Assembly: GCF_000143415.4 (NCBI RefSeq) | Contig: NW_003314261.1 | Coordinates: 3,712,880-3,776,879, forward strand | Direction of reading: 5' to 3' | DNA: 64,000 nt | DNA from: Selaginella moellendorffii | Taxonomy: Eukaryota; Plantae; Lycopodiophyta | Shown: positions 36,687-48,788 of the stretch, piece by piece | How positions within the stretch are numbered: position 1 is the first letter of the stretch | Layout: every line of letters starts with the position of its first letter | Program-made: the position numbers and the translations under genes | The notes under the pieces: model-generated | Database searches by the model: none | The model's input: the letters and a program-made list of their open reading frames with translations, nothing else | Told to the model about the DNA's origin: nothing

Positions 36687-37119
36687 GGCGACCGGGGATG
36701 AATTCACGATGGATGGTCACCGAGATTTCTTATAGCCAGCCACGAAATCGTCGTTTACTCTGCTCCACAGAGGCCCAATTGATCGGTCGATTGATTCTTA
36801 AATGGAACCGCGATCGTGGAATCATCGAGGTTGGTGTTCGTTATTTCTGATCCAGCCACAGGATTGGCAGCGCGAGCCCGATCACTGCAAGAAAAGAGTG
36901 CTTTTTCTTTATGAAATGGAATTTCCCCATTTAAGGCATTTGGTGAAATCCGAGAGACAGCTCAAAAAGATCCCTGCGATGCAGCAGAGCCTCGTCGGTG
37001 TTTATATCTGCCGCTCGCTCGTTAACATCAGCACCCTTTTCGCGCCCCACCGTTGGATCTCGCCACCTTTGTCTACATATAGAGGGCGAGATGTTAGGGT
37101 TTATAAAAAGGATCCATCA

Positions 37120-37539
37120 ATGGTGAAAGTTAAGATCGTTAAGGATGGCCCAAAGGAGAGAGATGCTTTGGCTCCAAAGAAACCAGTGGTGATGAAGAAG
37201 CCGCAGGCAATGGAACTAGAGGAGGCCAAGATCAAGGATCATGTTTCCATTCCTAGCGAAACAATGACCTCAAGAACAATCTTGAAGCAGCAGCAGGCTA
37301 TGGAATTAAACAAGGAATTGGCTCCAGAGATCAGGGATCCTGTTTCCACTCCTAGCAAAACAATGGCCTCAAGAACAATCTCTGGATCATCTAAAACGAA
37401 CTCCACCAAGGTGAAGGAAGGGATGATAAGGGATCCACCCAAGCTAAAGAGATTCACGGACTACATCCAGTTTGGCGACGAGGCCCCACGGTGCCGCCTC
37501 ACTGCTCCCAAGAGAAATCTAAGAATCGAAATTCCCTAG
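37120..37539 (+). CDS. Hypothetical basic 139-aa protein with internal ~32-aa duplication
   Basis: TTAGGGTTTATAAAA (telo-box + TATA-like) just upstream. QAMELEEAKIKDHVSIPSETMTSRTI repeated as QAMELNKELAPEIRDPVSTPSKTMASRTI. No recognised domain. Confidence 0.4.
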   Translation: MVKVKIVKDGPKERDALAPKKPVVMKKPQAMELEEAKIKDHVSIPSETMTSRTILKQQQAMELNKELAPEIRDPVSTPSKTMASRTISGSSKTNSTKVKEGMIRDPPKLKRFTDYIQFGDEAPRCRLTAPKRNLRIEIP

Positions 37540-38053
37540 AACTCGTACGGTAGAGCACTTATCGTACGGTAGGGCTTTTGCCTGTTACCCTGTCAAAATT
37601 TGAAAAAAGGGATGAAATATAAATGTCATTGTTTTCCACGCGGGAAAGTTTTTAGTAGGTTTCGCGGTCGATTCCGGCGAGGAGATAGCTTTCCGCGATC
37701 GGACGGTCCAGCTACTGCCACGCCAGCAACGACGAGCTACCGAATTAGCATATTCGCTGCCCCTGGAAAAAGAGCATATACCGAGGAAGGAGGGGTTTTT
37801 TGGGGGTAAAGGAGGAACAGCACTTGATCTCTGTCGGTGTGCTCTCTCACGGGCGCGCTCCGCTAGGTTTGTACCTCGCGATCCCAATCCCTATCTCTCG
37901 GCAGCGCATGCGAGCTGAGATCACTCGCTAGGGCTTAGATCTGTGCGCGTCCTAGGTCGCTGAGGTCTCTTTTGCGCAGGATCTCTCGGCTTGCCTCGCC
38001 GATGCCAGTGAGGGATCGATAGGTATTGCGTGGATTTCGGGGAAGGAGGAGAA

Positions 38054-39021
38054 ATGGGGCAGGATTCGCTGATCTACAGCTTTGTTGCGCGGGGCACTGT
38101 GGTTCTCGCCGAGTACACGGGTTTCTCCGGTAACTTTAGCACCATCGCCATTCAGTGCCTCCAGAAGCTTCCCGCCAACAACAACAAGTTCACGTACACT
38201 TGCGACAAGCACACTTTCAACTATCTGGTCGAGGATGGATTCAGTGAGTTTTTTCTTCTTTTGTTTAGTTTTGTTCGTTCGATCGATCGATCGCTTGGCT
38301 CACTGGCTATTCGTTTTTTTTTATCTCTTGTGATCTTGTGCAGCTTACATGGTTGTGGCTGACGAGGACTTTGGAAGGCAGATACCATTCGCGTTCCTAG
38401 AGCGTGTCAAGGAGGACTTCAAGCGTCGCTATGGGGGAGGAAAGGCTGACACTGCCATTGCCAACAGCCTAGACAAGGAATATGGGTAAGTTCGTTTTCT
38501 CCTTTTGTTTGGTGGTCCAGCTCGCTTTTCGTTTTCGATCCAGGCCGAAGCTCAAGGAACACATGCAGTACTGCGTCACTCATCCCGACGAGATGAACAA
38601 GATCGCCAAGATCAAAGCCCAGGTCTCCGAGGTGAAAGGTATCATGATGGACAACATCGAGAAGGTACTTGTCTAGTTTCTCGATTGAGGGATGGATTTG
38701 TGAGCTCTGCTTCGCCGCTACAGGTGCTGGATCGAGGCGAGAAGATCGAGCTGCTCGTTGACAAAACCGACAATCTGCGCTTCCAGGTAACTCAACACCC
38801 GCGTTTCTAGATCAAAGTTCTTTCTTTGACTGATACACACAATTCCGTGTTTTTTTTTTTTTTTGTTCTTCCAGGCTGACAACTTCAGACGTCAGGGAAG
38901 AGACCTTCGCCGGAAGATGTGGCTGCAAAACATGAAAGTGAAGCTGATTGTTCTCGGGATCGTCATCGTGCTCATCCTCATCATCTGGCTCTCGATTTGT
39001 AAAGGATTCAAATGCAAGTGA
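38054..39021 (+). CDS. VAMP72: R-SNARE VAMP72 (longin + synaptobrevin + TM)
   Basis: [91 protein letters not shown]. Confidence 0.96.
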
Positions 39022-39227
39022 AACATCGAGTTCGTGGTAAGGGCCTAGGACATCACTACTATACGAAGAAAACGATGAAAAAAATCTCCCTAGAGTCGCT
39101 CTTATAATTTTTGTATGGTTTTCGAGAGGGAATGCGATCTGATTGATTTGAAACTATCCTTTCCAGAGTATATTCACCCAAGTCTGAGAGAATATGCCTC
39201 GATCGTGTTCGTGTTTCTAGGGCAACA

Positions 39228-40034
39228 ATGCGCGCCGGGCATGGAGCGCTCAATCGGCTCCAGCGCTTCCTCCTCAGCCGCGAGCGCTTCTTCCCACATT
39301 CCCGATTCCTAGCACCAGCGCCAGCGCTGGAGCCCGGAATCTCGCCCAGGGTTTCGTGCTTCTCCTTCTCCACGGCTTCCAATCCGATAAACTCGCCTCC
39401 AGCGCCATCGCAGGAGCAAGGCGGGCGAGAGGAGCCCCCACGGCGGCCGCCATCACCGGCGTCGTGGATCCGCGCCAAACTCACGGACCTGGGCCGTGAT
39501 CTCAAGCTGGTGCCGCCGCTGGCCAGATCCCTGGGCCTCGCCGGCGCCATCCCCTTCGTCGCGCTCTCGCCCCCGATCGCCTACGTCCTCCCGCTGCCCG
39601 AGCTCCTCTCCTCGATCCACGCCGCGGACGCCCAGGCCGCCTATGGAGCGCTCATCCTCTCCTTCCTCGGGGGGCCTCACTGGGGGGTGGCCATGGCCAG
39701 CCCCGAGTCGAGCAGCCCCGTGAGCTTCTCGGGTTACACCATCGCCACGGTGAGGTACGTGTGGGGCGTGACGCCGTGCTTGCTGGGATGGTTTGCGATG
39801 CTCCTCCCTCGATCGTCGGGGCTGGCGGTGCTGGTTTCTTCCTTCCTCCTGGCGCTCGCGGTGGACTGGGCTATGGCGGCGAGGGGATTGCTGCCCGGGT
39901 GGTACTTGCCGCTCCGGATGCTCCTCACTGGGATCGCGGTGATGAGCCTGGGATCGACGCTGCTGCTGCTGCTCGCCAAGGATTTGCCGCGCAGGGTGGA
40001 ATCCAAGATCGAGGCGGCCAGGAAGGAGCGTTGA
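39228..40034 (+). CDS. DUF3429 / TMEM69-like membrane protein with putative mitochondrial presequence
   Basis: LGLAGAIPF, AYGALILSFLGGPHWG, LPGWYLPLRMLLT; Arg/Ser-rich N-terminus; intronless. Confidence 0.8.
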   Translation: MRAGHGALNRLQRFLLSRERFFPHSRFLAPAPALEPGISPRVSCFSFSTASNPINSPPAPSQEQGGREEPPRRPPSPASWIRAKLTDLGRDLKLVPPLARSLGLAGAIPFVALSPPIAYVLPLPELLSSIHAADAQAAYGALILSFLGGPHWGVAMASPESSSPVSFSGYTIATVRYVWGVTPCLLGWFAMLLPRSSGLAVLVSSFLLALAVDWAMAARGLLPGWYLPLRMLLTGIAVMSLGSTLLLLLAKDLPRRVESKIEAARKER

Positions 40035-41384
40035 ATTGGAGGTAGCCTAGCTTGTGTTTCTTATGCCCAAGTTGTCTATAGTCATGTAGTATGCCATATG
40101 CCCAAGACTGGCATCTGTGGAAAACCCTGGTTTTTGCAGTGTATCACCGGCATTTTGAGAATGATCTTGCGTTACGTTCTTTTGGATTGACAGAAAGCTT
40201 CCTGAAAGTTGGTTTTAGAGTACGTGCAAACGTTGTCATATGCCCATGCAGGGCATCTGGAATGCAATGGGCTTTGTTATCTAGACCAACTGAGACTCGA
40301 GTGACCTCACGGACGACTCGACTGTGCGAATCAAACGCCTCTAAAACTTTTTGGGCATCTGTGAAAATGCGTGGACATTGTCGGTTTACCGCCAATGAAG
40401 TTTCCGTCTGTGGATCAAACACTTCTGGAGCCGCGAATGAGATTGAGATCGTCAGGTGGAGATGATTGTGTGAAGCCAGGTGCTGGGACAAAGCGCTGGG
40501 ACCCCAGAGCTCATGATTGTGGAGTGGTCCGTCCGATTAATCCTTGGCCAGGGGCACCGCCAACGTCACCCATCGATCGATACCCTTTGATCATGAAAAT
40601 GCTCCTGATTGTGCTTCCTTTCGCATCCCCATCACTTTTGGGCTTTTGGACAAGCTTTACATCATGCTAGCCATCTTGTTGCAACCCGAGTGTTCGTGCA
40701 GGCTTTCTGTGTGAAAGCTCCAGATTTTTTCTCTTTCTTTCTTTTTTTTTTTTTTTTTCTTCCTTGGTGGCTTTTAAGGATTTCGCGTCCCTAACAATGT
40801 GGTCCTTCGGAATTCTAGACATCTCAAGCTCTCAGCCACATATGAACTTAGATAGATATACATGGGAGTAAGGAGATGTACTGCAAAAATCATATCAAGA
40901 TTGCTGTGGTGTTCGCTCTTGGATGGTGAAGATTGCAAAAGCTCATAAAGAGGAAAGAACAAGTCCGCTGTTAGAATTGTGGTTGTGTTGTGCGTAGGTT
41001 TTATAGGTGCGTGAAGAACGTCGGTGGAAAAAAATGCAATTCATGATCCTTGGGATTAGAAAATAAGTGCCCGTGAGTCAAAGATTCTAAAGTTTGCTGG
41101 TTAGAAAGAACTATCTTCTCTATATGCAAAGGGGAATCAACATCATCAACTTATATATATTTATCATACAGGCTATGATTTGGTAGTGAAGTGGAGGTTA
41201 TTTATAAATATTAGCAAAGCAGTTATTTGTCATGACCTCAAAATTATACAAAACTCAACCACAAACGGTCTTGAGTTTATGATTACAAACGTGTGCACAT
41301 TTAATCATAGCAACTTTTCTTAAATTTATTCCTCGATTTTAATTTATTTCTCAAAAAGAATTTCGTAACAAAAAACTTCTAACG

Positions 41385-43010
41385 TCATTTCATCATCATC
41401 TTAAAATTTACTATACTATTGGTCCTTTTTCTCTCAATAAAACTAAAATCATCATAGATATGATCGGAAATGTGTTTTGCATCTTTTGATACTCCAAAAA
41501 TGCCTTGTCTTGACATTCCGGCAGCATATAAACCTTTATCACAATTCCAGCCCGATTTTGGAAAGCCATCTCTTGAAAAATAATTCCCGTCATCCTAAAT
41601 AACCAAAGCATTATTATTCTATTTATTTATTTTGATAAACTAATTACCTTAAACCATGAACACACCATGCTCTTATAACCCGTTGCCAAAATGATGGAAT
41701 CATATGATTCATAACGACCATCTCCAAAATAAACACCCTCCCTATCAATTTTTTCCATACATGGCATCACCTGGAATAAATTAGAATATCCATTACATCC
41801 ATTAAAAATAACAAATAAAATTAAAATTAATTTTACCTTTATAGATCCACTCCTAATTTTGCGAAAAGTACCCATATCCAAAATGGGAGTCTTGCTGAAT
41901 TTTGCCTTGGTTTCGAGTGGCCCAGTGGAGGGACGCAAAATACCATACTTAGTGGTGTTTCCAAGTGCCAAAGTAGCATACATAACCAGCAACTTATCCG
42001 TAACACGCAACGGTAGAAGCTTCATTAGCGACATCGCAACTGCAAATGTAGATCTCCCAAACATTTCCCGAGGAAGTATGTGCATCTAAAACCACGACAG
42101 GTGATCAAAATCAAGGTAAAGATTTGGAGATTTTTCTCCTAAAGATATGAACAATGCATGCATGCATGGAAAGGACACAGAGAGCGAGAGAGAGAAGAGA
42201 GCTTACCGGGCTGCGAACGACGATGGAGGGCTGAGCGCCATGGTTGAGAAGATCCAGCGCAATCTCCATGCCCGAATTGCCACACCCCACCACCAAAACG
42301 CGCTGGCCCTTGAAAGGCTTGCCATTGCGGTACTGGCTCGAGTGGAGCACCGTGCCTTGGAAACGATCCAGCCCGGGGCGCAAATCCTCCGGAATCCTCT
42401 CCGCGCCGTTCTCCCCGGTGGCCACCACCAGCCATCGGCTCCTAAACTCCTCCCTCACGCCTCTCCTCTTGTCCACGGTCTCCACTCGCCAGAGCGATCG
42501 ATCGCCGCTCTGCTCGCGAGTGGCCGCCACCACGCAGCGATCGAACAGGGGCTGGATCTCAAAGTGGCGCGCGTAATCGTGGAGGTAGTCGATGAATTGG
42601 TTCTTGGTGGGGTACTGCGGGACGTCGCGCGCGAACGAGAGCAGGGGAAGCTCGCAGTACTGCTTGGCGATGTGGAGGTGGAGGCGATCGTAGGTGCGCT
42701 GCTGCCACAGCGACGCGATGCAATTGGCCTTGTCCAGGACAATGCTGGGCACGCCGCGATCCTTGAGGCATGCCGCCACCGCCAGCCCCGCCGGCCCGGC
42801 CCCGACGATGATGGCTCCCTCGACCCACGAAGAAGAATCGACGATCGATGGCGAATTGGCGCGAGGAGGAGGAGGAGGAGGAGAAGGAGCATGAGGAGAT
42901 GGGGAGGAGGAGCTGGAGCCGCTCCGCCCGCCAAGATCACTGTCGCTGCTGCTGTCGCTGGTGTCGCTGATCATCCAGGCTTGCTCCATCGCCTCGATTC
43001 CCTCAATCAT
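41385..43010 (-). CDS. YUC: YUCCA-type flavin monooxygenase (indole-3-pyruvate monooxygenase), 4 exons
   Basis: GAGPAG (FAD), SLWQQRTYDRLHLH, ATGENG, FQGTVLHSSQYRNG (FMO motif), GCGNSGMEI (NADPH), HILPREMFGRSTF, ILATGY, GLYAAG. Confidence 0.95.
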
Positions 43011-43316
43011 GGTGGAAAGGAGCGTACGAAAAGGCCAAGAGAGCTGAGGAGCAAGAGGAAGGAGAAGAAAGCGAGGAGCTCTCCCTTGCTCCGCTACTAT
43101 AGCGTTTATACTAGTAGGACAAAGAAAATGGGACAAGCAATGCTTTTAGAAAATGGAAGCCTCTCCCAAGCCTCCCTCCCTTCCTCCTTGGCCTGCTAAG
43201 ATTATATAAAGCTTAAGAGATATCCACAATCATCGCTAATATAATGGGAGCCTCACATTTCCCAGAGGCCTTCCATTTGGGGACTGGGAGATGTCGCCAC
43301 TTGGCAAGCAGTGTGT

Positions 43317-43343
43317 CCTCTCTCTCTCTCTCTCTCTCTCTCT
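43317..43343. repeat. (CT)n microsatellite upstream of YUCCA
   Basis: About 13 CT units. Confidence 0.85.
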
Positions 43344-43389
43344 TCCTTCTCACAATAGTTCTTAGATTATTTTGTCTAGAGCATGAGAA

Positions 43390-45254
43390 TCACGCTGCGG
43401 AATTGGCTCTCTCATCGTCATCTCCATCTTCTTTAGTTTTCTGTGCGCGATTCCTCTTCTTGTCCACCGAGCGCTGAACAGGATCGTCACTGCGGGGGAC
43501 GCCAAACACCCAGTCCAGAACGTTGAGGTACTTTGATCGGAAGACGTCGCGCTCCCGCGCGTAGCAGTGCATGATGATCGACGTCGCGAAGCTGAAGAGC
43601 ACCACGTCGGTGCGCTTTGGGAGGCGGTGGTGGTGTGGCTGGAACGCGGCGGAGCTCGTGATGCACAGGCCCAGGCTCTCCAGCGCGCGGGAGAAGCAGT
43701 AGAGGGCGATCTCCATCCTGCGGCTCTTCTTCTCAATCGTTAGTGCCAAGCCGGTCGGGAACTGGACAAAGTGGAATCTGCTTAGAACGAAAAATAAAAA
43801 AGCTAGATTTTTTCTTACAGTTCCCAAGGCCAGAGTTGCGGGGTTGCATCCGTTGAGCAGTCGAAACAAAAGACAAGTCCAACCCCTACACAGAGTTTCA
43901 AGCATCAATTTCCGAATGAACAGATCCTAGCTTACCAGGCTGATGCACAATACGTTGCGAGGAATAAGCTGGATCTAGCTGTTCCCAATAGCGACTTTGT
44001 TAGAATAGTAAAAGGCCTGAAATCACCATGACAAAAGATGATGCTTTGTAGCAACCGAATTGCAAGTGTGTGGTACCTTTTGAGAAGACCCTGTCGATGT
44101 ACTACGACAGCGGGGCCGAGGTACACCGGCAAGTAGACCATTACCGATCTCACATACGCGTCTCCTATGAATTGCAGAAAATGAATTAGACAAAGCTGAT
44201 TGGCATGAATCATCTGCATAAAGAATTGACAAATCAAGCTACAAAACAAAGAGTGGTACCACATGACTTACAGTGCAGGGTACTTTCATCGTCGGGTCGA
44301 GCTGAATCTCAGTCCCGTTGTCTCGGTAGTGCTCCTGGATTTTCGCTAAGCTCGTCAGTGGCTCCCGGAGCGCCAGCTCCCGAATGCCTCGGACTACTGA
44401 CATGTCCTTGCCACCGTGCTTGTTTAGGAATGAAACATAAGACGATGGAAGTGTGTCCGGCTTGAGAATCCACGCGGACCTGTCCGGAAGCCAAAACCGG
44501 TTTTAGCAAATAGCAAAGCCAGCAAAGAAATCAAAACAAAGACAAAGAACCTTACAAGATCTGTGATGATGACAAGCACATAAGCAGCACATCACCGTGC
44601 TTCCAAGAGACGGGACTAAACAGCCACCCAACCTTCTTGCTCTTGACACCGCACCGAGCAGCAAGTACAGCTGCTCGCATGAGAATGTAAAGCGCCATGC
44701 TTGTATGACGAGTTTTGGGCCCCGTCAAGAGCAAGGAGGGGCCGGCAATGGCGCCGGCAACAAGCGATCGCCACCTCGCAGACCTGATAGATTGAAGAAC
44801 TCGCAAAACTAAGTCATAAACTTTGAAAGAGCGGTCCACACATACCTTCCAAATCCTACCAAGGAAGCAACGAGCTCGTCCACGCTTGTGTAGACACCAG
44901 CGAAGGCGCCCACAAAGAATCCATACCGCAAAGTCTCCTTCAAGGCATTGCGAACCAAATGCTTGTCAGCGATCCTCCCTCCACTTGATCTAGAAAAGGC
45001 CGAAAACAAGAACGCTAAGAAGCGAAATTCGCGTGGCTAGACACGCGCAAGACAGACCTGAGGAGCAAGGACGCCTTCCTGAGCCGCGCCATCACGGCAA
45101 AAATCACCAATCCGCCACGCAATCCAGCTCCAATCGCGAATCCCTTGCCAGCGGCCGCAATGCACCGATCCAGCGCTTGCAAGAAGCTGTCCTCGCCGCC
45201 GCAGCCGCTGTCCTTGAGGCCGCCAGGCAGAGGCGCCTGGTCCCTGCCCGCCAT
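43390..45254 (-). CDS. TMEM135: TMEM135/PMP52-like membrane protein (multi-exon)
   Basis: AAGKGFAIGAGLRGG, LRYGFFVGAF, LAGAIAGPSLLL, GDVLLMCLSSSQIL, VYLPVYL, TARSSLFLA, IEKKSRRMEIALYC. Confidence 0.85.
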
Positions 45255-45410
45255 GGCCAGGAAGCTTGGAATGGAGCCCTAGAATGGACGCTTCTCCTTT
45301 CGTCCATGAAAACCACGAAGTTTATTGGGCACCATGACCCAAAATGACCATAGTGCGTCGCCTTCCACACCCTCTTTGTTTTATTCCTAGAACTTCTTTC
45401 TAGATGGTGG

Positions 45411-47192
45411 ATGAATCGCACAGATTGTCTGTGCTTGATAGAATCTTCTGCCACTTTCGCTGCCGCTCAAAATGCCCACACACGCGCCGCGCAAACAATC
45501 CGCCACGACGACGTTTACGCCCACAACAAGCTCATCCAGATGTACGGACGGTGTGGGAGCGTACGGGACGCGCTCGCCGTGTTCCACGCGATGCCCCGTA
45601 TCGACATTTACTCGTGGGTTTTGCTCCTCAATACATATGCCCACAACGGGCATCTTGGAGCTGCGAAGTTGGTGTTTGATTCTATGCAATACCAAAACCT
45701 TGTGTCATTCAATGCTATACTGGCAGCGTATTCCCAGATTGGTCTAACCTCACAGGTGCAAGCTTTCTATGATCAAATGCCAGAAAGGAATCTGGTCTCT
45801 TGGAACACTATGCTTGCAGCATATGCCCAAAGCGGGCATCTTGTTTTGGCGACTGATTTGTTTCTCGCGATGGAGGAGAGGAACATTGTTTCGTGGACGG
45901 CGCTTCTTTCGGCGTACGTGCAGTGCAAGGATCTTATTCAGGCCGCCCATGTGTACCATTCCATGCCCGAGTGGAACCTTGTGTCGTGGAACACGATGCT
46001 TGCCGGGCATTGCCAGCTCGGGGATCTCGGCTGCGCGAAAGGGTTGTTTGATTCCATGCCGGAACGAGATTCCGTGTCGTGCACGACCATTCTGGCGGCG
46101 TACTCGCTGGTGGGAGCTTTCGGTGGCGCCAGGGAGGTGTTTGAGTCGATGCCGGTGGGCATGAGGGACCTCGTCGCGCACAATGCGATGCTGGATGCCT
46201 ACGCCAGGAGCGGGGATTTGTGCCGTGCGGAGGCTTTTTTTGATCAGATGAAGGACGTGAGCTCTGTTTCATGCACGATCATGCTCTGCGCGTATGCCCA
46301 GAACGGTCATTACAAACTCGCGAAGGAGGTGTTCGAAAGCCTCCGAGAAAAGGATCTCTTCTCAAACACAGCAATGATCTTTGCTCTTGCTGAAAATTCC
46401 AACCTTGAAGAGGCAAAGTTTTTGTTTGACACAATGCCTGAGCACGACGAGATCTCGTGGATGACGCTCCTTGCAGCATATGCCCAAAACGGGCACACCG
46501 CATTTGCAACAAATCTCCTTAAAGCTCATCAACTTTCTAGCCCAGGCTGCTGGAATGCAGTCTTATCCGGGCATGCAAGTTACGGCCATACGTCGGAAGC
46601 AAAGCCATTCTTCGATAACTTCCCGCAAAAAGACCTTGTCTCGTGGAACTCTATCGTTTGTGCATATGCCTTCTCTGGACATGTTGCAAAGGCCTTGAAA
46701 CTCTTTCAAGAGATGCCCGAGCAGGACTTGGTGTCCTGGAACTTGATCCTTGCAGCTTACGCACACAACGGAAAGCCACTCCAAGCAACGAAGGCTTTCC
46801 ACCAGATGGAGCTCCTGTACACTCCAGACGAGGTGTCCCTGACAAGCATCCTCCGAGCGAGCAGCCACGCGGGCGATGTCCGAAAGGGGCGACGAGTGTT
46901 CTTGTCCCTGACCACGGATTTCGGGCTGGGGAATCTCACCAAGCAGCACTACTGCTGCATGATCGAGCTCCTGGGACGCGCAGGATACGTGAGAGATGCG
47001 TGGGATCTCATCTCGGCAATGCCTTACGAGCCGGATGCTTTCGACTGGGTGTGCCTGCTTGCCGCTTGTCGTGGTCACCGAGATGTTGGACGCGGAGTGC
47101 GGGTGGCTGCGCGCCTCTTCGAGCTGGATCGTAGGAATTCGAGGGTTTATGTCATGCTAGCCAATTTGTACAGTGTCTTCTATCTAAAATAA
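45411..47192 (+). CDS. PLS-class PPR protein (short-motif rich, truncated E, no DYW)
   Basis: NKLIQMYGRCG, repeated MPERNLVSWNTMLAAYAQ, QHYCCMIELLGRAG, YVMLANLY; intronless, 593 aa. Confidence 0.93.
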   Translation: MNRTDCLCLIESSATFAAAQNAHTRAAQTIRHDDVYAHNKLIQMYGRCGSVRDALAVFHAMPRIDIYSWVLLLNTYAHNGHLGAAKLVFDSMQYQNLVSFNAILAAYSQIGLTSQVQAFYDQMPERNLVSWNTMLAAYAQSGHLVLATDLFLAMEERNIVSWTALLSAYVQCKDLIQAAHVYHSMPEWNLVSWNTMLAGHCQLGDLGCAKGLFDSMPERDSVSCTTILAAYSLVGAFGGAREVFESMPVGMRDLVAHNAMLDAYARSGDLCRAEAFFDQMKDVSSVSCTIMLCAYAQNGHYKLAKEVFESLREKDLFSNTAMIFALAENSNLEEAKFLFDTMPEHDEISWMTLLAAYAQNGHTAFATNLLKAHQLSSPGCWNAVLSGHASYGHTSEAKPFFDNFPQKDLVSWNSIVCAYAFSGHVAKALKLFQEMPEQDLVSWNLILAAYAHNGKPLQATKAFHQMELLYTPDEVSLTSILRASSHAGDVRKGRRVFLSLTTDFGLGNLTKQHYCCMIELLGRAGYVRDAWDLISAMPYEPDAFDWVCLLAACRGHRDVGRGVRVAARLFELDRRNSRVYVMLANLYSVFYLK

Positions 47193-47390
47193 CCTCGTCT
47201 GGAGGTAGTAGGCGACGGTGCAAGGTGTTTAAAAGTCGATCGCTGTTGCGGTGAGCTAAAACACCATCTTTCTCTAAACAAAAAGTCCGAGTTTTTTTCA
47301 GAAAACACTGAAAAAGGTACACATTTAGAATAGAACTTTTTACTAAAGGTTAAAAAAATTAGGGTCTCGAGAACCATTTTAGGGTTTAAG

Positions 47391-48788
47391 ATGTCGAAGG
47401 CTATGCTCAAGGCTCTCAAGCAGGAGAAAGCCAACCAGGACACCAAGCGTTACTGGTACGCTCGCAACAGATGCTACGACAGATCCGCGGACGACGAGAG
47501 GCGCGAGCTCTCTCTGGCGCTCTCGTCCGTGCCCAAGGTAGAGTGGTCCTACTTCGACGTGAAACTCCGGCAACATCAGGAAGAGGATGATCGATTCTGT
47601 CCGCTGCTGGATGGCCGATCATGGACACCATCCGGCCGGGCCTTGATCCTCCTCTTGGAAGACACCCTGACGAGCAGTGTCGAGCTCCCGGATGGCTGCA
47701 TTCTCGTGTCGAAACGACCGGGCCTGGATGATTTCCTGCGAGACATGGCCAAGCAGTACGAGCTCGTCCTGTGCACTGCGCTCCAGCCGGATCACGCACG
47801 GCGAGTTGTCAAGCAGGCACTGCAGTGCGAGCTCTCTTCTGGATGGTTCCAGCTCCAGAACCATGGGACGATCCAAGTAAGCGACTCGCTTGCTAGACTG
47901 TGTAGTGGTGCTACCTTCCAGGCGCTGGCTGTGACAGCAACGAGCTCTACAACCGCTGGCGACTCAGATCACGTCATTGTGGTGCCGAAGTATCTCCCGG
48001 ACGCCCGGCATAGCGACGATGGTCGACTCAAGCTCCTTGCTCAGGTGCTGCTCGACTTGGCCAAGCTTTCGAGCGACGACTGGCTATGGGGGTTGAGGCA
48101 CCTCAAGGTGCAAGGTGTCTTCCGGAGCATCCGCAACGGCGAGCAGCAACAGAGATACAATCTCAATCTCGGGCTGGGAAGCAGCATGAGCACGGCGAGC
48201 CACAACCTGGCCTTGCGAGTCGCGCTTGGCAAACCCATCACTCCACTCCCCGCGGGTGATGGAGCGTATCTCCCCCCGGCCCCGGACTCTGGGAGGCCGA
48301 CGCTGGTGCTAGATCTGGACGAGACGCTGGTGAGCAGCTACCGGGTATCGTCGAGTGAGGACGCCACACTGCACAGGGTGGCCAAGCGCCCGGGGGTGGA
48401 GGAGTTCCTGGCGAGCATGGCGAACAAGTGTGAGGTGGTGTTGTGGACGGCGTCGTGGCAGGCTTACGCGGATGCGGTGGTGGACGAGGTGCTGGATCCC
48501 GCAGGGAGTGGCATCTTCTCGCACCGGCTGTACGCGCAGCACCTGGTGAGCGACTCCAAGGATCTGAGTAAGCTGGGGCGGAGGCTGGAGAGAGTGATCG
48601 CCGTGGACGATTCGGAGTGGCGTTACCCGGCATCGATGAGGCAGAACCTTCTCGTGGTTCCAGCTTACATGGGTGGTCACGGCCAGGAGGACGAGGAGCA
48701 CCACCTCCAGAGAGTTGCAGCATTGATCACGCGTCTTGTTTCCTCGGGTGCAATCGACTTGAGGCCGTCTCTTGGTAGAAAATGGTAG
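47391..48788 (+). CDS. Protein with two NIF/FCP1-SCP (HAD) phosphatase domains, intronless
   Basis: Domain 1: LILLLEDTL...KRPGLDDFLRDMAKQYELVLCTA (degenerate). Domain 2: LVLDLDETLV...KRPGVEEFL...WTAS...KDLSKLGRRLERVIAVDD (canonical DxDxT). Confidence 0.85.
   Translation: MSKAMLKALKQEKANQDTKRYWYARNRCYDRSADDERRELSLALSSVPKVEWSYFDVKLRQHQEEDDRFCPLLDGRSWTPSGRALILLLEDTLTSSVELPDGCILVSKRPGLDDFLRDMAKQYELVLCTALQPDHARRVVKQALQCELSSGWFQLQNHGTIQVSDSLARLCSGATFQALAVTATSSTTAGDSDHVIVVPKYLPDARHSDDGRLKLLAQVLLDLAKLSSDDWLWGLRHLKVQGVFRSIRNGEQQQRYNLNLGLGSSMSTASHNLALRVALGKPITPLPAGDGAYLPPAPDSGRPTLVLDLDETLVSSYRVSSSEDATLHRVAKRPGVEEFLASMANKCEVVLWTASWQAYADAVVDEVLDPAGSGIFSHRLYAQHLVSDSKDLSKLGRRLERVIAVDDSEWRYPASMRQNLLVVPAYMGGHGQEDEEHHLQRVAALITRLVSSGAIDLRPSLGRKW

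Noticed and set aside
40091-40670. Overlapping ORFs between TMEM69-like and YUCCA; checked for familiar conserved miRNAs
   Set aside because: No recognisable motifs or long hairpin.
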